Below are positions 38,374 to 48,198 of a stretch of DNA of 64,000 bases, in pieces. The DNA lies in the NCBI GenBank assembly GCA_902491565.1, contig CABUIE010000003.1:40111-104110 (forward strand). The letters are read 5' to 3'. Made by a program: the position numbers and the translations under genes. Position 1 is the first letter of the stretch, and each line of letters opens with the position of its first letter. The notes beneath the pieces were generated by a model. The model searched no databases. It saw nothing but the letters and a program-made list of their open reading frames with translations, and had not been told where the DNA came from. Source of the DNA: an uncultured Collinsella sp. Its GTDB lineage: Bacteria; Actinomycetota; Coriobacteriia; Coriobacteriales; Coriobacteriaceae.

Positions 38374-40605
38374 CTAGAAGTTGGCGTCGTTGAGTTGTTC
38401 ACTCTCGAGGCCGTCGAGCTGTTGCTGTTCGGGCGTATCGGCGACGCTCTCGAGCAGCTCGGTGGGATCGATGTTCATGTCCCTACCGGCCTCGTTGCCG
38501 TTGACCAAGTCGTCCGAGAAGATGTCGACTTCCATTTCCTCGGCCTCTTCGATCTGAACCTCGAGCGGCACCTGGGTGCGCACGAGCTTAACGGCCGGGC
38601 GCATGCGGGCAAACAGCGGCACGTACTCGATGATGATGGCCGAGTTCTCAAGACCGTACCAGCGTGCTGGGCTTCCACAGGCGCGGCGGACGGCGTACTT
38701 GATGGCCATCACGCGGTGGTCATTGCGGTTGATGTCCGTTTCGGGGGCAAGCATCTTGCGCAGCATACAAAAGCGGAAGTCACCCACGTTGCCACGCGTC
38801 TCGTAGATGGAGTAGGTGTGATGTTGCGGCGGCAGCTCGCCCGATGCCATCAAGTCGCCGACGATCTGGCGCAGGTAGGCGTTGATGCGCTGATTGACCT
38901 TAAAGCCCAGGTCCAAGCGCACGCGGAACAGGAAGTCTGTGCCAAAGGTCTCAACGGAATACTCGTGCGTATAGGGCTCGTCGGTAACATGCACGTTGAT
39001 GAACCAATATGCCTTGGCGCGCTTGGGGTGCTTGTCCAGGATGGAATAGAGCACGTCGCGATCGAGCGTGAGCGGGTCGGGGCTGTTGGTGAGAAATACC
39101 AGATTGTCAGCGAGCACGGGATAGGTCTCGTCATTGCGCAGGCGATTGAGCTGGTCGATGTACTTGGAGACGGGCAGTAGAATCGTCTGCGTGCGCTCGA
39201 TGGCGGTGCCGCGGCGCCACACATACATAAGGCCGAACAGCAGTGCGGCCAGGAAGATCATGACGTAGCCGCCGTCAAAGAACATGGTGAGGCACGAGGC
39301 GAAGAAGCACAGCTCAATGGCACCAAAGAGCAGGGCGAAGACGCAGGCGCCCAGCCTGTGCTTGAGGACGCCGGCGATGTAGCTCGTCAAAAGCGTCGTG
39401 GTCATGAGCATGGTCACGGTAATGGCGAGGCCGTAGGCGCTCTCCATGCGCTCGGAGTTTTGGAACAGCAGCACGATGAAGACGCAGCCGACCCACATGA
39501 TGTTGTTGACGAGCGGAATATAGAGCTGGCCCTTGGTGTCGCTGGGGTAGTGGATGCGCAGATGCGGCATGAGGTTGAGACGCGTGGCCTCGGATACCAG
39601 CGAGAACGAGCCGGTGATGAGCGCCTGCGAGGCGATGATGGCCGCTACGGCCGAAAGCACGATGGCAAAGGGGCGCAGGGACTCGGGGAGCATCATATAG
39701 AACGGGTTGACGATATTCATCGCGAGCATCTGGGGGTTGGAGTTATTGGCGAGCAGCCAAGCTCCCTGACCCAGATAGTTGAGGATGAGGGCCGCCTTAA
39801 CAAACGGCCAGGATGCGTAAATGTTAGCTTTGCCCACGTGACCCATGTCCGAATAGAGCGCCTCGGCGCCAGTCGTCGACAGGAAGACGAAGCCGAGCAC
39901 CATGATGCCCGAGTGGTTGATGGGCGAGAACAGGAACATGATGCCGCGGATGGGGTTGAGCGCGCGTAGGATGGACAGGTTGCCGAGCATGTTGAACAGG
40001 CCGGCGCCCGCCAGGAACAGGAACCATAGCGTCATAAGCGGGCCGAACAGCTTGCCGATTGACGAGGTGCCGGCGCGCTGCATGGCAAACAGACCACAGA
40101 TAATGATGATGGTGATGATGATCACATTGGTCTGGCCGTCACCCAGCAGCGCATGGCCCCATTCGATGGTGCGCAGACCCTCGATGGCCGTGGTAACCGT
40201 GACAGCGGGGGTGAGGATGCCGTCGGCGAGCAGCGCCGCACCGCCGATCATGGCGGGGAGAATCAGCCACGGTGCCACCTTGCGCACCAGGCTAAACAGG
40301 GCGAAGATGCCGCCTTCGTTGTGGTTGTCGGCCTTCATGGCGATTACCACGTACTTGACCGTGGTCACGAGTGTCATGGTCCAGATGACGAGCGAAAGCG
40401 CGCCCAGGATCATGTCCTCGCTGACGGTACCGATGCCGCCGTTGTTGGCGACGATTGATTTCATGGTGTACATGGGGCTCGTGCCGATGTCGCCATAGAC
40501 GACGCCGAGCGTTACGAGCAGCATGCCAGCGGAGAGGGGAATGGCTCCGTGCCCGCCTTGACCACGCTGGTCTTGGGGGCTTGCCTCCAGTTTGTTGTGT
40601 GCCAC
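38374..40605 (-). CDS. kup: KUP/HAK/KT potassium transporter
   Basis: GVVYGDIGTSPMY, EGGIFAL, TGAEALYSDMGH, IIASQALI, AYGLAI. Confidence 0.93.
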   Translation of the reverse strand: MAHNKLEASPQDQRGQGGHGAIPLSAGMLLVTLGVVYGDIGTSPMYTMKSIVANNGGIGTVSEDMILGALSLVIWTMTLVTTVKYVVIAMKADNHNEGGIFALFSLVRKVAPWLILPAMIGGAALLADGILTPAVTVTTAIEGLRTIEWGHALLGDGQTNVIIITIIIICGLFAMQRAGTSSIGKLFGPLMTLWFLFLAGAGLFNMLGNLSILRALNPIRGIMFLFSPINHSGIMVLGFVFLSTTGAEALYSDMGHVGKANIYASWPFVKAALILNYLGQGAWLLANNSNPQMLAMNIVNPFYMMLPESLRPFAIVLSAVAAIIASQALITGSFSLVSEATRLNLMPHLRIHYPSDTKGQLYIPLVNNIMWVGCVFIVLLFQNSERMESAYGLAITVTMLMTTTLLTSYIAGVLKHRLGACVFALLFGAIELCFFASCLTMFFDGGYVMIFLAALLFGLMYVWRRGTAIERTQTILLPVSKYIDQLNRLRNDETYPVLADNLVFLTNSPDPLTLDRDVLYSILDKHPKRAKAYWFINVHVTDEPYTHEYSVETFGTDFLFRVRLDLGFKVNQRINAYLRQIVGDLMASGELPPQHHTYSIYETRGNVGDFRFCMLRKMLAPETDINRNDHRVMAIKYAVRRACGSPARWYGLENSAIIIEYVPLFARMRPAVKLVRTQVPLEVQIEEAEEMEVDIFSDDLVNGNEAGRDMNIDPTELLESVADTPEQQQLDGLESEQLNDANF

Positions 40606-40763
40606 GTGGACTCCCTTAGACATCCGGTTATCTGTCTAGGACAGATAACCTTTATGCCGTCTTTATACATACAAGAGCAGTTTGGCACATCAGGTTATTT
40701 TAGACAATAATCCCCAGCTGGGGATTATTTATGTACGTGGGTAGCATTTCGAAACAGGGGCTT

Positions 40764-41675
40764 TTAAGCACGTGCTGTCTGGGCTATGCCAGCCTTGGCG
40801 CTTGCGCGTTTGCCGGCGAGTTCGCAAAAGAGCGCACCGCCGATGATAAGTGCGGCGCCCATCAGGCGGACCGGTGTTATGGCTTCGCCCAAAAGGACGG
40901 CCGAGAACACGACGGCCGAAAGCGGCTCGAGGTAGCCGACGACCGCGACGGTCTGCACGGGCAGTTTGGCGACGGCACTAAAGTAGAGCAGACAACCGAG
41001 TCCGGTGTTGACGACGCCGAGCATGACGACGGCGCGCCAATCAATGCTGGCGGCGACACCGGCGGACAGGAATGAGGGAGCGCCCTGCGTGATGAGCGTG
41101 AGGACCAGCGCGGTCACAAAAGCGGCGCTCACCTGGAGCGCGGAGTTCTCGAGACCTTCGATGTGCGACGCACCCTTGCTAGCGATGACCATCAGCGCAT
41201 AGCAAAATGCCGAGGCGATACCGCAGACGATACCCGCAATGGGCATATTGCCGCCTAGACCTTGTGCTGCAATGAGAAAAGCACCGCAGGCGACGGCGAT
41301 AAACCCGGCGATTTTGCCGCCGGTCAGTTTTTCACCAAAGATGAGTGGGGAGAGCGTCATGACAATGATGGGGCCACAGTAGTACAGCAGCGAGGATACG
41401 CCGACGCCGATCGTCTGGTAGGCGCGGAACAGAAAAATCCAGCTGGCGCCCAGCGCGGCTCCCGAGAGAAGGAGTGCTGCGGCTTCGCGGGGACGAGATG
41501 GCGCCTGCAGTTTATGGCGTTGGGTGATGGCAAGGATAGTGACAAGCGAGAGGGCGCCCAAAAACGTGCGCAGTAGCACGATATCGGAGCTCGGCAGTGC
41601 GATGGCGGCGGCGATGATGCCGTTGGAGCCAAACAATAGCAATGCTGCTAAGTACGTAAACAGTCCGTTGTTCAT
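40764..41675 (-). CDS. DMT/EamA family transporter
   Basis: About 10 TM segments in two repeats; YLEPLSAV; divergent from a LysR. Confidence 0.88.
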   Translation of the reverse strand: MNNGLFTYLAALLLFGSNGIIAAAIALPSSDIVLLRTFLGALSLVTILAITQRHKLQAPSRPREAAALLLSGAALGASWIFLFRAYQTIGVGVSSLLYYCGPIIVMTLSPLIFGEKLTGGKIAGFIAVACGAFLIAAQGLGGNMPIAGIVCGIASAFCYALMVIASKGASHIEGLENSALQVSAAFVTALVLTLITQGAPSFLSAGVAASIDWRAVVMLGVVNTGLGCLLYFSAVAKLPVQTVAVVGYLEPLSAVVFSAVLLGEAITPVRLMGAALIIGGALFCELAGKRASAKAGIAQTARA

Positions 41676-41793
41676 GCGCTGACATCCCCTCTATATCCGA
41701 ACATGTTCACTATGGGTGAACTGGCTTTAGAAGAAAAGCGAATATAATGCATGGAAAACATGACAAAAACTCATGCAAGGGTGGGGACGTGCC

Positions 41794-42651
41794 GTGGAGA
41801 CCAATATCCAAAAGATGCAAGTGCTGCTCGAGACGGTGCGTGCCGGCAGCTTTACGCGTGCTGCAGAGCGCCTGAGCTATTCGCAGTCGGGCGTGAGCCG
41901 CATGGTGGGCGACCTTGAGGCAGACTGGGGTTTTAAGGTGCTTGATCGCAGCCGCGAGGGCGTGGTGCTTTCTGCCGACGGGCGGCAGGTCATGCCGGCA
42001 GTCGAGGCGTTATGCGAAGAGTTTGGCCGCCTGCAGCGACGCGTGGACGAGATGCGAGGGCTCATGCGTGGCAAGATCTGCATCGGTACGTTTTCGAGCG
42101 TGGCGACCCACGTGCTGCCGCCGGTGATTGCGCGCTTTCGCGCCGATCACCCGGACGTCGATTATGAGTTGCTGATGGGCGACTATTCAGAGATCGAACA
42201 ATGGGTGGCAGAGGACCGCTGCGATCTGGGCTTTATCCCGTATGAGCCTCGAGAAAATGGCATGACATCGCGGTCTTTGGTGCGCGACGAGTTGATGGCG
42301 GTAGTGCCGGCAGACTCTTTGCTTGCCACGGCGGAGGTCGTCTCTCTTGCCGATTTAGCCAACGAGCAGTTTATTCTGCTAGAACGCGGCACCGATGATG
42401 AGATTACGCCGCTGTTCCGTCGGGCGGGGCTGACGGTGTGCTCCAAGCTGTCGACTTGGGATGACTATGCGATTATGGCTATGGTCGAGGACGGCCTGGG
42501 CGTGAGCATTCTTCCCGCGCTCATCTTGCGCCGTTGTCAGTTCGATGTTGCTGTGCGCCCACTCGAGGGGCATCCCCATCGCCAAATCAACGCCATATAT
42601 CGAACGGCCGATGTTTCGCTTGCCGCCGCCCGTTTCCTCGAATACCTCTAA
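41794..42651 (+). CDS. LysR regulator
   Basis: GSFTRAAERLSYSQSGVSR; MVEDGLGVSILP. Confidence 0.92.
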   Translation: METNIQKMQVLLETVRAGSFTRAAERLSYSQSGVSRMVGDLEADWGFKVLDRSREGVVLSADGRQVMPAVEALCEEFGRLQRRVDEMRGLMRGKICIGTFSSVATHVLPPVIARFRADHPDVDYELLMGDYSEIEQWVAEDRCDLGFIPYEPRENGMTSRSLVRDELMAVVPADSLLATAEVVSLADLANEQFILLERGTDDEITPLFRRAGLTVCSKLSTWDDYAIMAMVEDGLGVSILPALILRRCQFDVAVRPLEGHPHRQINAIYRTADVSLAAARFLEYL

Positions 42652-42813
42652 ACGTGTACACGTCATTGTCCGTTTTGGGCAAATCTCGGAGTTCGGTACG
42701 TTTTCTTATGAAATTGAACTTTCGAATGAGGCGCGGCGCTATACTGCTTGCTAAATTGAACCCCGGTTCAATTCGTGTTCTATAAATTGAACTTTGCCAG
42801 CAAGGAGGTTCCT

Positions 42814-44334
42814 GTGGCCCAAGAGACGTTTAGCGATCGCCTGCGACAGGCTATGTCCGATTGCGGCGTTCGCCAGTCGAACGTGATCCGCGCATCGGAG
42901 ATGCTCGGCAAAAAACTCGGCAAGAGTCAGATGAGCCAATATGTGAGCGGCAAGACGATCCCGCGACGCGATGTGGCCGAGCTGCTCGCCCGTATTTTGG
43001 AGGTCGATGTTACCTGGCTGCTTGCCGGCGACGCCGATCAAGGCGAGGCATCATCACCCCGCAACGATTCCAAGCCCGAACCCCATCCCTCAGCTCAAAT
43101 TGCAAGGAGCACCACCATGCGTACTTTTTCTAAATCCACCAAGCTCGATAACGTCCTGTATGACGTGCGCGGTCCCGTCGTCGACGAGGCCGCCCGTATG
43201 GAGGACGAGGGCGAGCGCATCCTCAAGCTCAATATCGGTAACCCGGCGCCCTTCGGTTTCCGCACGCCCGATGAGGTCATCAAGGACATGCGCCAGCAGC
43301 TGCCCGACTGCGAAGGCTATTCCAATTCGCGCGGCCTGTTCTCCGCGCGCAAGGCGATCATGCAGTATTCGCAGATCAAGGGCCTGCCCAATGTTCAGAT
43401 GGAGCATATCTACACGGGCAACGGCGTGTCCGAGCTCATTCAGCTTTCGATGAACGCGCTGCTCGACAATGGCGACGAGATTCTGATCCCCAGCCCCGAC
43501 TATCCGCTCTGGACGGCGTGCGCAACCCTTGCTGGCGGTCATCCCGTACATTATCTGTGCGATGAGCAGGCGGATTGGTATCCCGACCTGGAGGATATGG
43601 AGTCCAAGATCACGAGCGCGACCAAAGCCCTCGTCATCATCAACCCCAACAACCCCACGGGTTCTGTCTATCCGCGCGAGGTGCTCGAGGGCATCGTCGA
43701 GATTGCACGCAGGCATCAGCTGATGATCTTTGCCGATGAGATCTACGACCGCCTGTGCATGGACGGCTACGAGCATGTCTCGATTGCCTCGCTCGCCCCC
43801 GATCTGCCCTGTGTCACCTTTAGCGGCCTTTCCAAGTCGCACATGATCGCGGGCTATCGCATTGGCTGGATGGTGCTTTCGGGCAACCAGCGCTGCATGA
43901 GCGACTTCATCATGGGCATCAACATGCTCTCCAACATGCGCCTGTGCTCCAACGTGCCGGCTCAGTCGATCGTCCAGACGGCGCTCGGCGGCCATCAGTC
44001 GGTCAACGACTACATCCGTCCCGGCGGTCGCGTCTACGAGCAGCGCAACTTTGTGTATGAGGCGCTCAACAAGATCGACGGCATCTCGGTGGTCAAGCCG
44101 CGCGCGGCGTTCTACATCTTCCCCAAGATGGATGTTAAGAAGTTCAACATCACCGATGACGAGCAGTTTGCCCTCGACCTGCTGCACGAGAAGAAGATTC
44201 TGATCACGCGCGGCGGCGGCTTTAACTGGGCCGAGCCCGATCACTTCCGCATCGTGTACCTGCCGCGCATGGAAGTGCTCAAAGAGTCCCTCGAAGACCT
44301 CGCCGATTTCTTCGATCACTACCGCCAGGCGTAA
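42814..44334 (+). CDS. XRE-HTH fused to AlaA/AlaT-type PLP aminotransferase
   Basis: FSDRLRQAM...KSQMSQYVSGK.IP..LEVD..WL (HTH); YDVRGP, LNIGNP, NPNNPTG, DEIY, GLSKS.....RIGW. Confidence 0.9.
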   Translation: MAQETFSDRLRQAMSDCGVRQSNVIRASEMLGKKLGKSQMSQYVSGKTIPRRDVAELLARILEVDVTWLLAGDADQGEASSPRNDSKPEPHPSAQIARSTTMRTFSKSTKLDNVLYDVRGPVVDEAARMEDEGERILKLNIGNPAPFGFRTPDEVIKDMRQQLPDCEGYSNSRGLFSARKAIMQYSQIKGLPNVQMEHIYTGNGVSELIQLSMNALLDNGDEILIPSPDYPLWTACATLAGGHPVHYLCDEQADWYPDLEDMESKITSATKALVIINPNNPTGSVYPREVLEGIVEIARRHQLMIFADEIYDRLCMDGYEHVSIASLAPDLPCVTFSGLSKSHMIAGYRIGWMVLSGNQRCMSDFIMGINMLSNMRLCSNVPAQSIVQTALGGHQSVNDYIRPGGRVYEQRNFVYEALNKIDGISVVKPRAAFYIFPKMDVKKFNITDDEQFALDLLHEKKILITRGGGFNWAEPDHFRIVYLPRMEVLKESLEDLADFFDHYRQA

Positions 44335-44355
44335 CGGCAAAGGTAGACTGTAATG

Positions 44356-44393
44356 AAACGGTCGGCCCGCAACGGATGCGGGCCGACCGTTTT
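44356..44393 (+). terminator. Intrinsic terminator
   Basis: AAACGGTCGGCCCGCA-ACGGA-TGCGGGCCGACCGTTTT. Confidence 0.75.
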
Positions 44394-44560
44394 CTGTCTA
44401 AGCCCGTGCTGTTAGCGCTTGTCTCGTTGAGCGGGCGAGGTTCGCGTGTGAGCGGTAAGTTCTATTCCAAAATGGAATACAGTGGGCTTAAGCTGGAATT
44501 GATGTCCGGGTACCTGCTTTTCTAGAATGTTTTCAACAAGATGAAAGGCGGTTCCAACCA

Positions 44561-45595
44561 ATGATTATCGATGCAAATTCCTACTGGTTCGACGAGCACA
44601 TCTTTCATGACGAGACGCTCTGCGAACAGTTTTTGGCCGAGGTACCCCGCGCCTATGACACCGAAGGCTATCTGACCACGAATTCCGCCGGCAAACGACA
44701 GATCGTGATCGAGATGCCCGCCGGTTCTCCGGGTCTTAACTACATTGAGGGCGACTACACCCTCGAGAAGCGCTTGGCCGATATGGATGAGGCGGGGGTC
44801 GACAAGGCGATCCTCAAGCTCCCCGGCTGTCACGAGTGGATGTCGCTCGAGATGTGCCGGCGTTTCAACGACGGTATGGCTGCTGACGCGAAGGCGTCAA
44901 GTGGCCGTCTGATTCCGCTTGTCGCTGTGCCGCCCTTTGGCACCAAAGCAAATTTGGAGGAGCTCGACCGCAGACTCGACGATGGTTTTGCGGGTGTGCA
45001 GCTCTGCGCTCACTACGGCAAGCGCTATCTCGACGACCAGGTCTTCTCGAGTTTTTTCGAGCACCTGAACGAACGCCATGTCACCGTTTACGTGCACCAT
45101 GTTCCCGTGCCGGTCGAGAACGAGTCGCTTCTCGCGTACGACAACCTTCGCCGCTCTTATGGCCGCTGCGTCGACCAAACTACGGCGATCGGCCGAGAGA
45201 TCTTTGGCGATTTCTTTGAGCGCTACCCCAATATCAAGATGGTCCACTCCATGCTCGGTGGCGCTTATTTTGCGTTTAAGGAGATGCTGCTGCCGCACGG
45301 TCCCAAGCGTCCAGATGCCTCGGGTCGCTTCCAGACCGATACCGAGACGGTCTCCAAGCGTCTTGAGAACAACGTTTATTTCGACATGTCCCATGCTCAG
45401 CCCTGGGGCGAGACGCTTCTTGCCTGTGCGGTTGAGGTCCTTGGTGCAGACCATATTGTCTTTGGTACGAGTTATCCCGTTAAACGCGAGTGGCTAACAG
45501 AGGGTGTCGCCTGCGTCCGCGCCACAGATTTAAGTGATACGGACAAGGACCTTATGCTTGGCGGCACGGCACAGCGCTTGTACGGCATCGAGTGA
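44561..45595 (+). CDS. Amidohydrolase-2-like TIM-barrel protein (non-canonical metal motifs)
   Basis: RLADMDEAGVD, FND, VYVHH, HSMLGG, VYFD, LGADHIVFGTSYP, GGTAQRL. Confidence 0.8.
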   Translation: MIIDANSYWFDEHIFHDETLCEQFLAEVPRAYDTEGYLTTNSAGKRQIVIEMPAGSPGLNYIEGDYTLEKRLADMDEAGVDKAILKLPGCHEWMSLEMCRRFNDGMAADAKASSGRLIPLVAVPPFGTKANLEELDRRLDDGFAGVQLCAHYGKRYLDDQVFSSFFEHLNERHVTVYVHHVPVPVENESLLAYDNLRRSYGRCVDQTTAIGREIFGDFFERYPNIKMVHSMLGGAYFAFKEMLLPHGPKRPDASGRFQTDTETVSKRLENNVYFDMSHAQPWGETLLACAVEVLGADHIVFGTSYPVKREWLTEGVACVRATDLSDTDKDLMLGGTAQRLYGIE

Positions 45596-45621
45596 GCGAC
45601 AGATAAAGGAGGGCATTCGCC

Positions 45622-46869
45622 ATGGATAAGGGAGAGATGAAGGCCGGAGCCGCCCGGGTGGCCATTAACTTAGAGGACGTATTGCCGTTCGACGGTTTCG
45701 ACGCACTCCGTCATGAAATCTTTGCCCGTGCCTTCGTGGTCGAAGGGATGGGGCGGCGCGCTTGCATCCTTTCACTTGAGGTTACCTCGATCGCTCCGGC
45801 CCTACTCGTCGATCTGCGTGAGGTTGTCAAGGATGTCTCCAATTGCGACGGCGCCTTTTCTTGGGTGGTCCCGACCCACACGTTTTCTGCGCCTCACGTG
45901 CGCACCCCTGGGCATCTGGCCGACACCGATGCCCGCGATCGAAATGAGCGCTATCGTGCCGCGCTCATCGCCGCGACACGCGCGGCCGTTGAGCAGGCGG
46001 TTGCGGGCATTCGCTCTGTCACGCTCGCCTCGGCGGAGGGCTACTGTCCTGTGAACGTTAACCGCGACATTGAGACGCCGGCCGGCTGGTGGCTGGGAGT
46101 AGACCCCAAGGGGTTTGCCGACCACGCGATGCCCATACTTGTCGCGAGGGATGCCGAGGGCGGGCTCGTTGCCATGCTTGCGACGGCTGATGTCCAGTCT
46201 TCCGTGCTCGACGGATCGCACGATTCTCAGGGGAAGCGCTTGGTGAGCGGGGACCTCTTTGGCTTTGCCGCCATGGCTCTCGAGCGCGAATTGGGCGGAG
46301 TCGTGTTGCTGCTACCCGGTGCCGCGGGGGATCAGAGTCCGGCGGAGCGCGCCGTAACCGTTGCGTTCGATTCGACCGGGGCGAAGCAAACGTTAGATGC
46401 TCACGAGAGTGGATATCGCATGCTGCATCGACAGGGTCGCGCTATGAGCGATGCGTTGATTGAGGCCGTCCGTGCGGCGCGTGAGGACGATGCCATCGGC
46501 GTCGATGCTCGCACGGTCGACGTCCTTTTGCCCGCCCAGACGCGCGCCGACTTCTGCTCATTGGCCCCGCATCGAACTTATGGGTTTCATGCGGCAGGCG
46601 AACAGCGTACGAGGGTCTATTTACTTCGGCTGGGAAATGTCGAGTTCGTTGGTATCCAGCCCGAGGTTTCGAGCTCGTTTGGCGCCGCCGTGCGCGCCGC
46701 CCGATTCTGCCCCGTGCTCTTTGCCACGCTTGTCAACGGAGGGCAAAAGTATCTGCCGGCCCCCGATGCGTACGAGAAAATCACCTATGAGGCCATGAAC
46801 TCCGGCTTCGCCGCCGGTTCCCATGAGCGCCTCCTTCAAACCATCCTTGCCGCTTTAAACGCGGCATGA
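45622..46869 (+). CDS. Neutral/alkaline-ceramidase-like hypothetical protein
   Basis: MKAGAARVAI, IFARAFVV, PTHTFSAP, NVNR, VSGD..G, GAAGDQSP, YLP...Y...TYEA. Confidence 0.65.
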   Translation: MDKGEMKAGAARVAINLEDVLPFDGFDALRHEIFARAFVVEGMGRRACILSLEVTSIAPALLVDLREVVKDVSNCDGAFSWVVPTHTFSAPHVRTPGHLADTDARDRNERYRAALIAATRAAVEQAVAGIRSVTLASAEGYCPVNVNRDIETPAGWWLGVDPKGFADHAMPILVARDAEGGLVAMLATADVQSSVLDGSHDSQGKRLVSGDLFGFAAMALERELGGVVLLLPGAAGDQSPAERAVTVAFDSTGAKQTLDAHESGYRMLHRQGRAMSDALIEAVRAAREDDAIGVDARTVDVLLPAQTRADFCSLAPHRTYGFHAAGEQRTRVYLLRLGNVEFVGIQPEVSSSFGAAVRAARFCPVLFATLVNGGQKYLPAPDAYEKITYEAMNSGFAAGSHERLLQTILAALNAA

Positions 46870-46886
46870 CAAAAAGGAGAACTTGC

Positions 46887-48005
46887 ATGAATATCGGACA
46901 TGCACGCCGCAAGATTACCCCGCAAGGCGACATCTATCTAATCGGATACCGCAACCTCCCCAACCGTCTGGAGCCTGCGACAGGCGTCCATGACGACGTC
47001 TTCGCCAACGCGATTCTTTTCCAACAGGACGACCGCGAAGTTTTTCTCTTCAACGCCGATGTTCTCGAGTTTGAGGAGGGCATGGCCGAGGAGGTTAAGA
47101 CGATGCTCGCCGAGCGCTACGGAATTGACCGTGACTGCGTTCTGCTCTCCGCGACGCACGACCACACTTCGATCGTCGCCTACCATCGCAGCTGGTGGAC
47201 GGGAAAATTCAACGAGGACTACTATCGCTGGTTCCTCGATACCATCTGTCAATGCTTCGAAGAGTGCCGCGCCAACGCGCGACCTGCGACCTGCCGCATG
47301 GGCAAAAAAGTCATCACCGGTTTCTACGACAACCGCATCATCCCAGGTGAACTCGCCGACAATGAGGTCATTGTCGTATCGTTCTTCGATACCGAAGGCA
47401 AGCCATTTGCGGGCTTTGTGAACTGGGCGGTGCATTCTGCCTGTGTCGGACCCGACTGCACGGAGCTCACGAGCGAACTCGCCGGTCTTACCGGCAAAAA
47501 GCTCGCTCAGAGTCTTGGTTACTATCCGGCCATGGTCGTCGGTGCTGCTGGCGACTGTAGCGACCGCAATTTTCGCCAGGGACGCGGCATTCCCGAGGTC
47601 GAGCGCGTTTCGACCGGTCTTGCCGAGGCGATTTCCCAGATCAAGCTCGATCGCGAGGTCGTTCTTGACCGCATCGAGCCTCAGACGTTCTATCACACCG
47701 TTGCCCATGACGACTTTTCGCTCACGCTTAAGTGTGCCGTCATCAGTCTGGGCGGCCTGCATCTCTTTGTGTTCCCGAGTGAGCTCGGCAGCGACTTGGG
47801 TATTCGCATGAAGCGCGAATGCCCGGTCGAGGGAATAGTTTGCGGTTACACCAACGGCTATTTCGAGTATTTCCTTCCGGCACGCGAGTACGGCCTCTCC
47901 TTTGAGACCGAGCGTACTCAGATTCCCCAGGGCGAACCGGAACGTCTGTGTGACAAGTTCTGCCAGACGACGAGACTTCTCGGCGCAGCAGATTCGCGTC
48001 TGTAG
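46887..48005 (+). CDS. Neutral/alkaline ceramidase N-terminal domain protein
   Basis: IGHARRKITP, GVHDD, SATHDHT, NWAVH, GAAGD, GYTNGYFEY. Confidence 0.72.
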   Translation: MNIGHARRKITPQGDIYLIGYRNLPNRLEPATGVHDDVFANAILFQQDDREVFLFNADVLEFEEGMAEEVKTMLAERYGIDRDCVLLSATHDHTSIVAYHRSWWTGKFNEDYYRWFLDTICQCFEECRANARPATCRMGKKVITGFYDNRIIPGELADNEVIVVSFFDTEGKPFAGFVNWAVHSACVGPDCTELTSELAGLTGKKLAQSLGYYPAMVVGAAGDCSDRNFRQGRGIPEVERVSTGLAEAISQIKLDREVVLDRIEPQTFYHTVAHDDFSLTLKCAVISLGGLHLFVFPSELGSDLGIRMKRECPVEGIVCGYTNGYFEYFLPAREYGLSFETERTQIPQGEPERLCDKFCQTTRLLGAADSRL

Positions 48006-48198
48006 ACCTGATTGCGTGACATGGGCCAATGAGGCTCGCTGCCATGTGATCGGCATCTTCCATCTTCTCTGCCGTTTCCCATCCCGGGCGTACGTGCGTC
48101 CGCGGATTTCAAAGGGGGAAGCGGGTTCCTTGCCCTCCCACGTCGACTACGGAGGCATGAAATCGATGCTATACCCCGCTCAGAAAAAGGAGAATTCC

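Noticed and set aside
40606..40760. c-di-AMP riboswitch upstream of kup
   Set aside because: Only two simple hairpins; no ydaO consensus recognisable
41698..41711. LexA/SOS box
   Set aside because: GAAC-AT-GTTC has a 2-nt rather than 4-nt spacer and sits before a DMT/LysR pair
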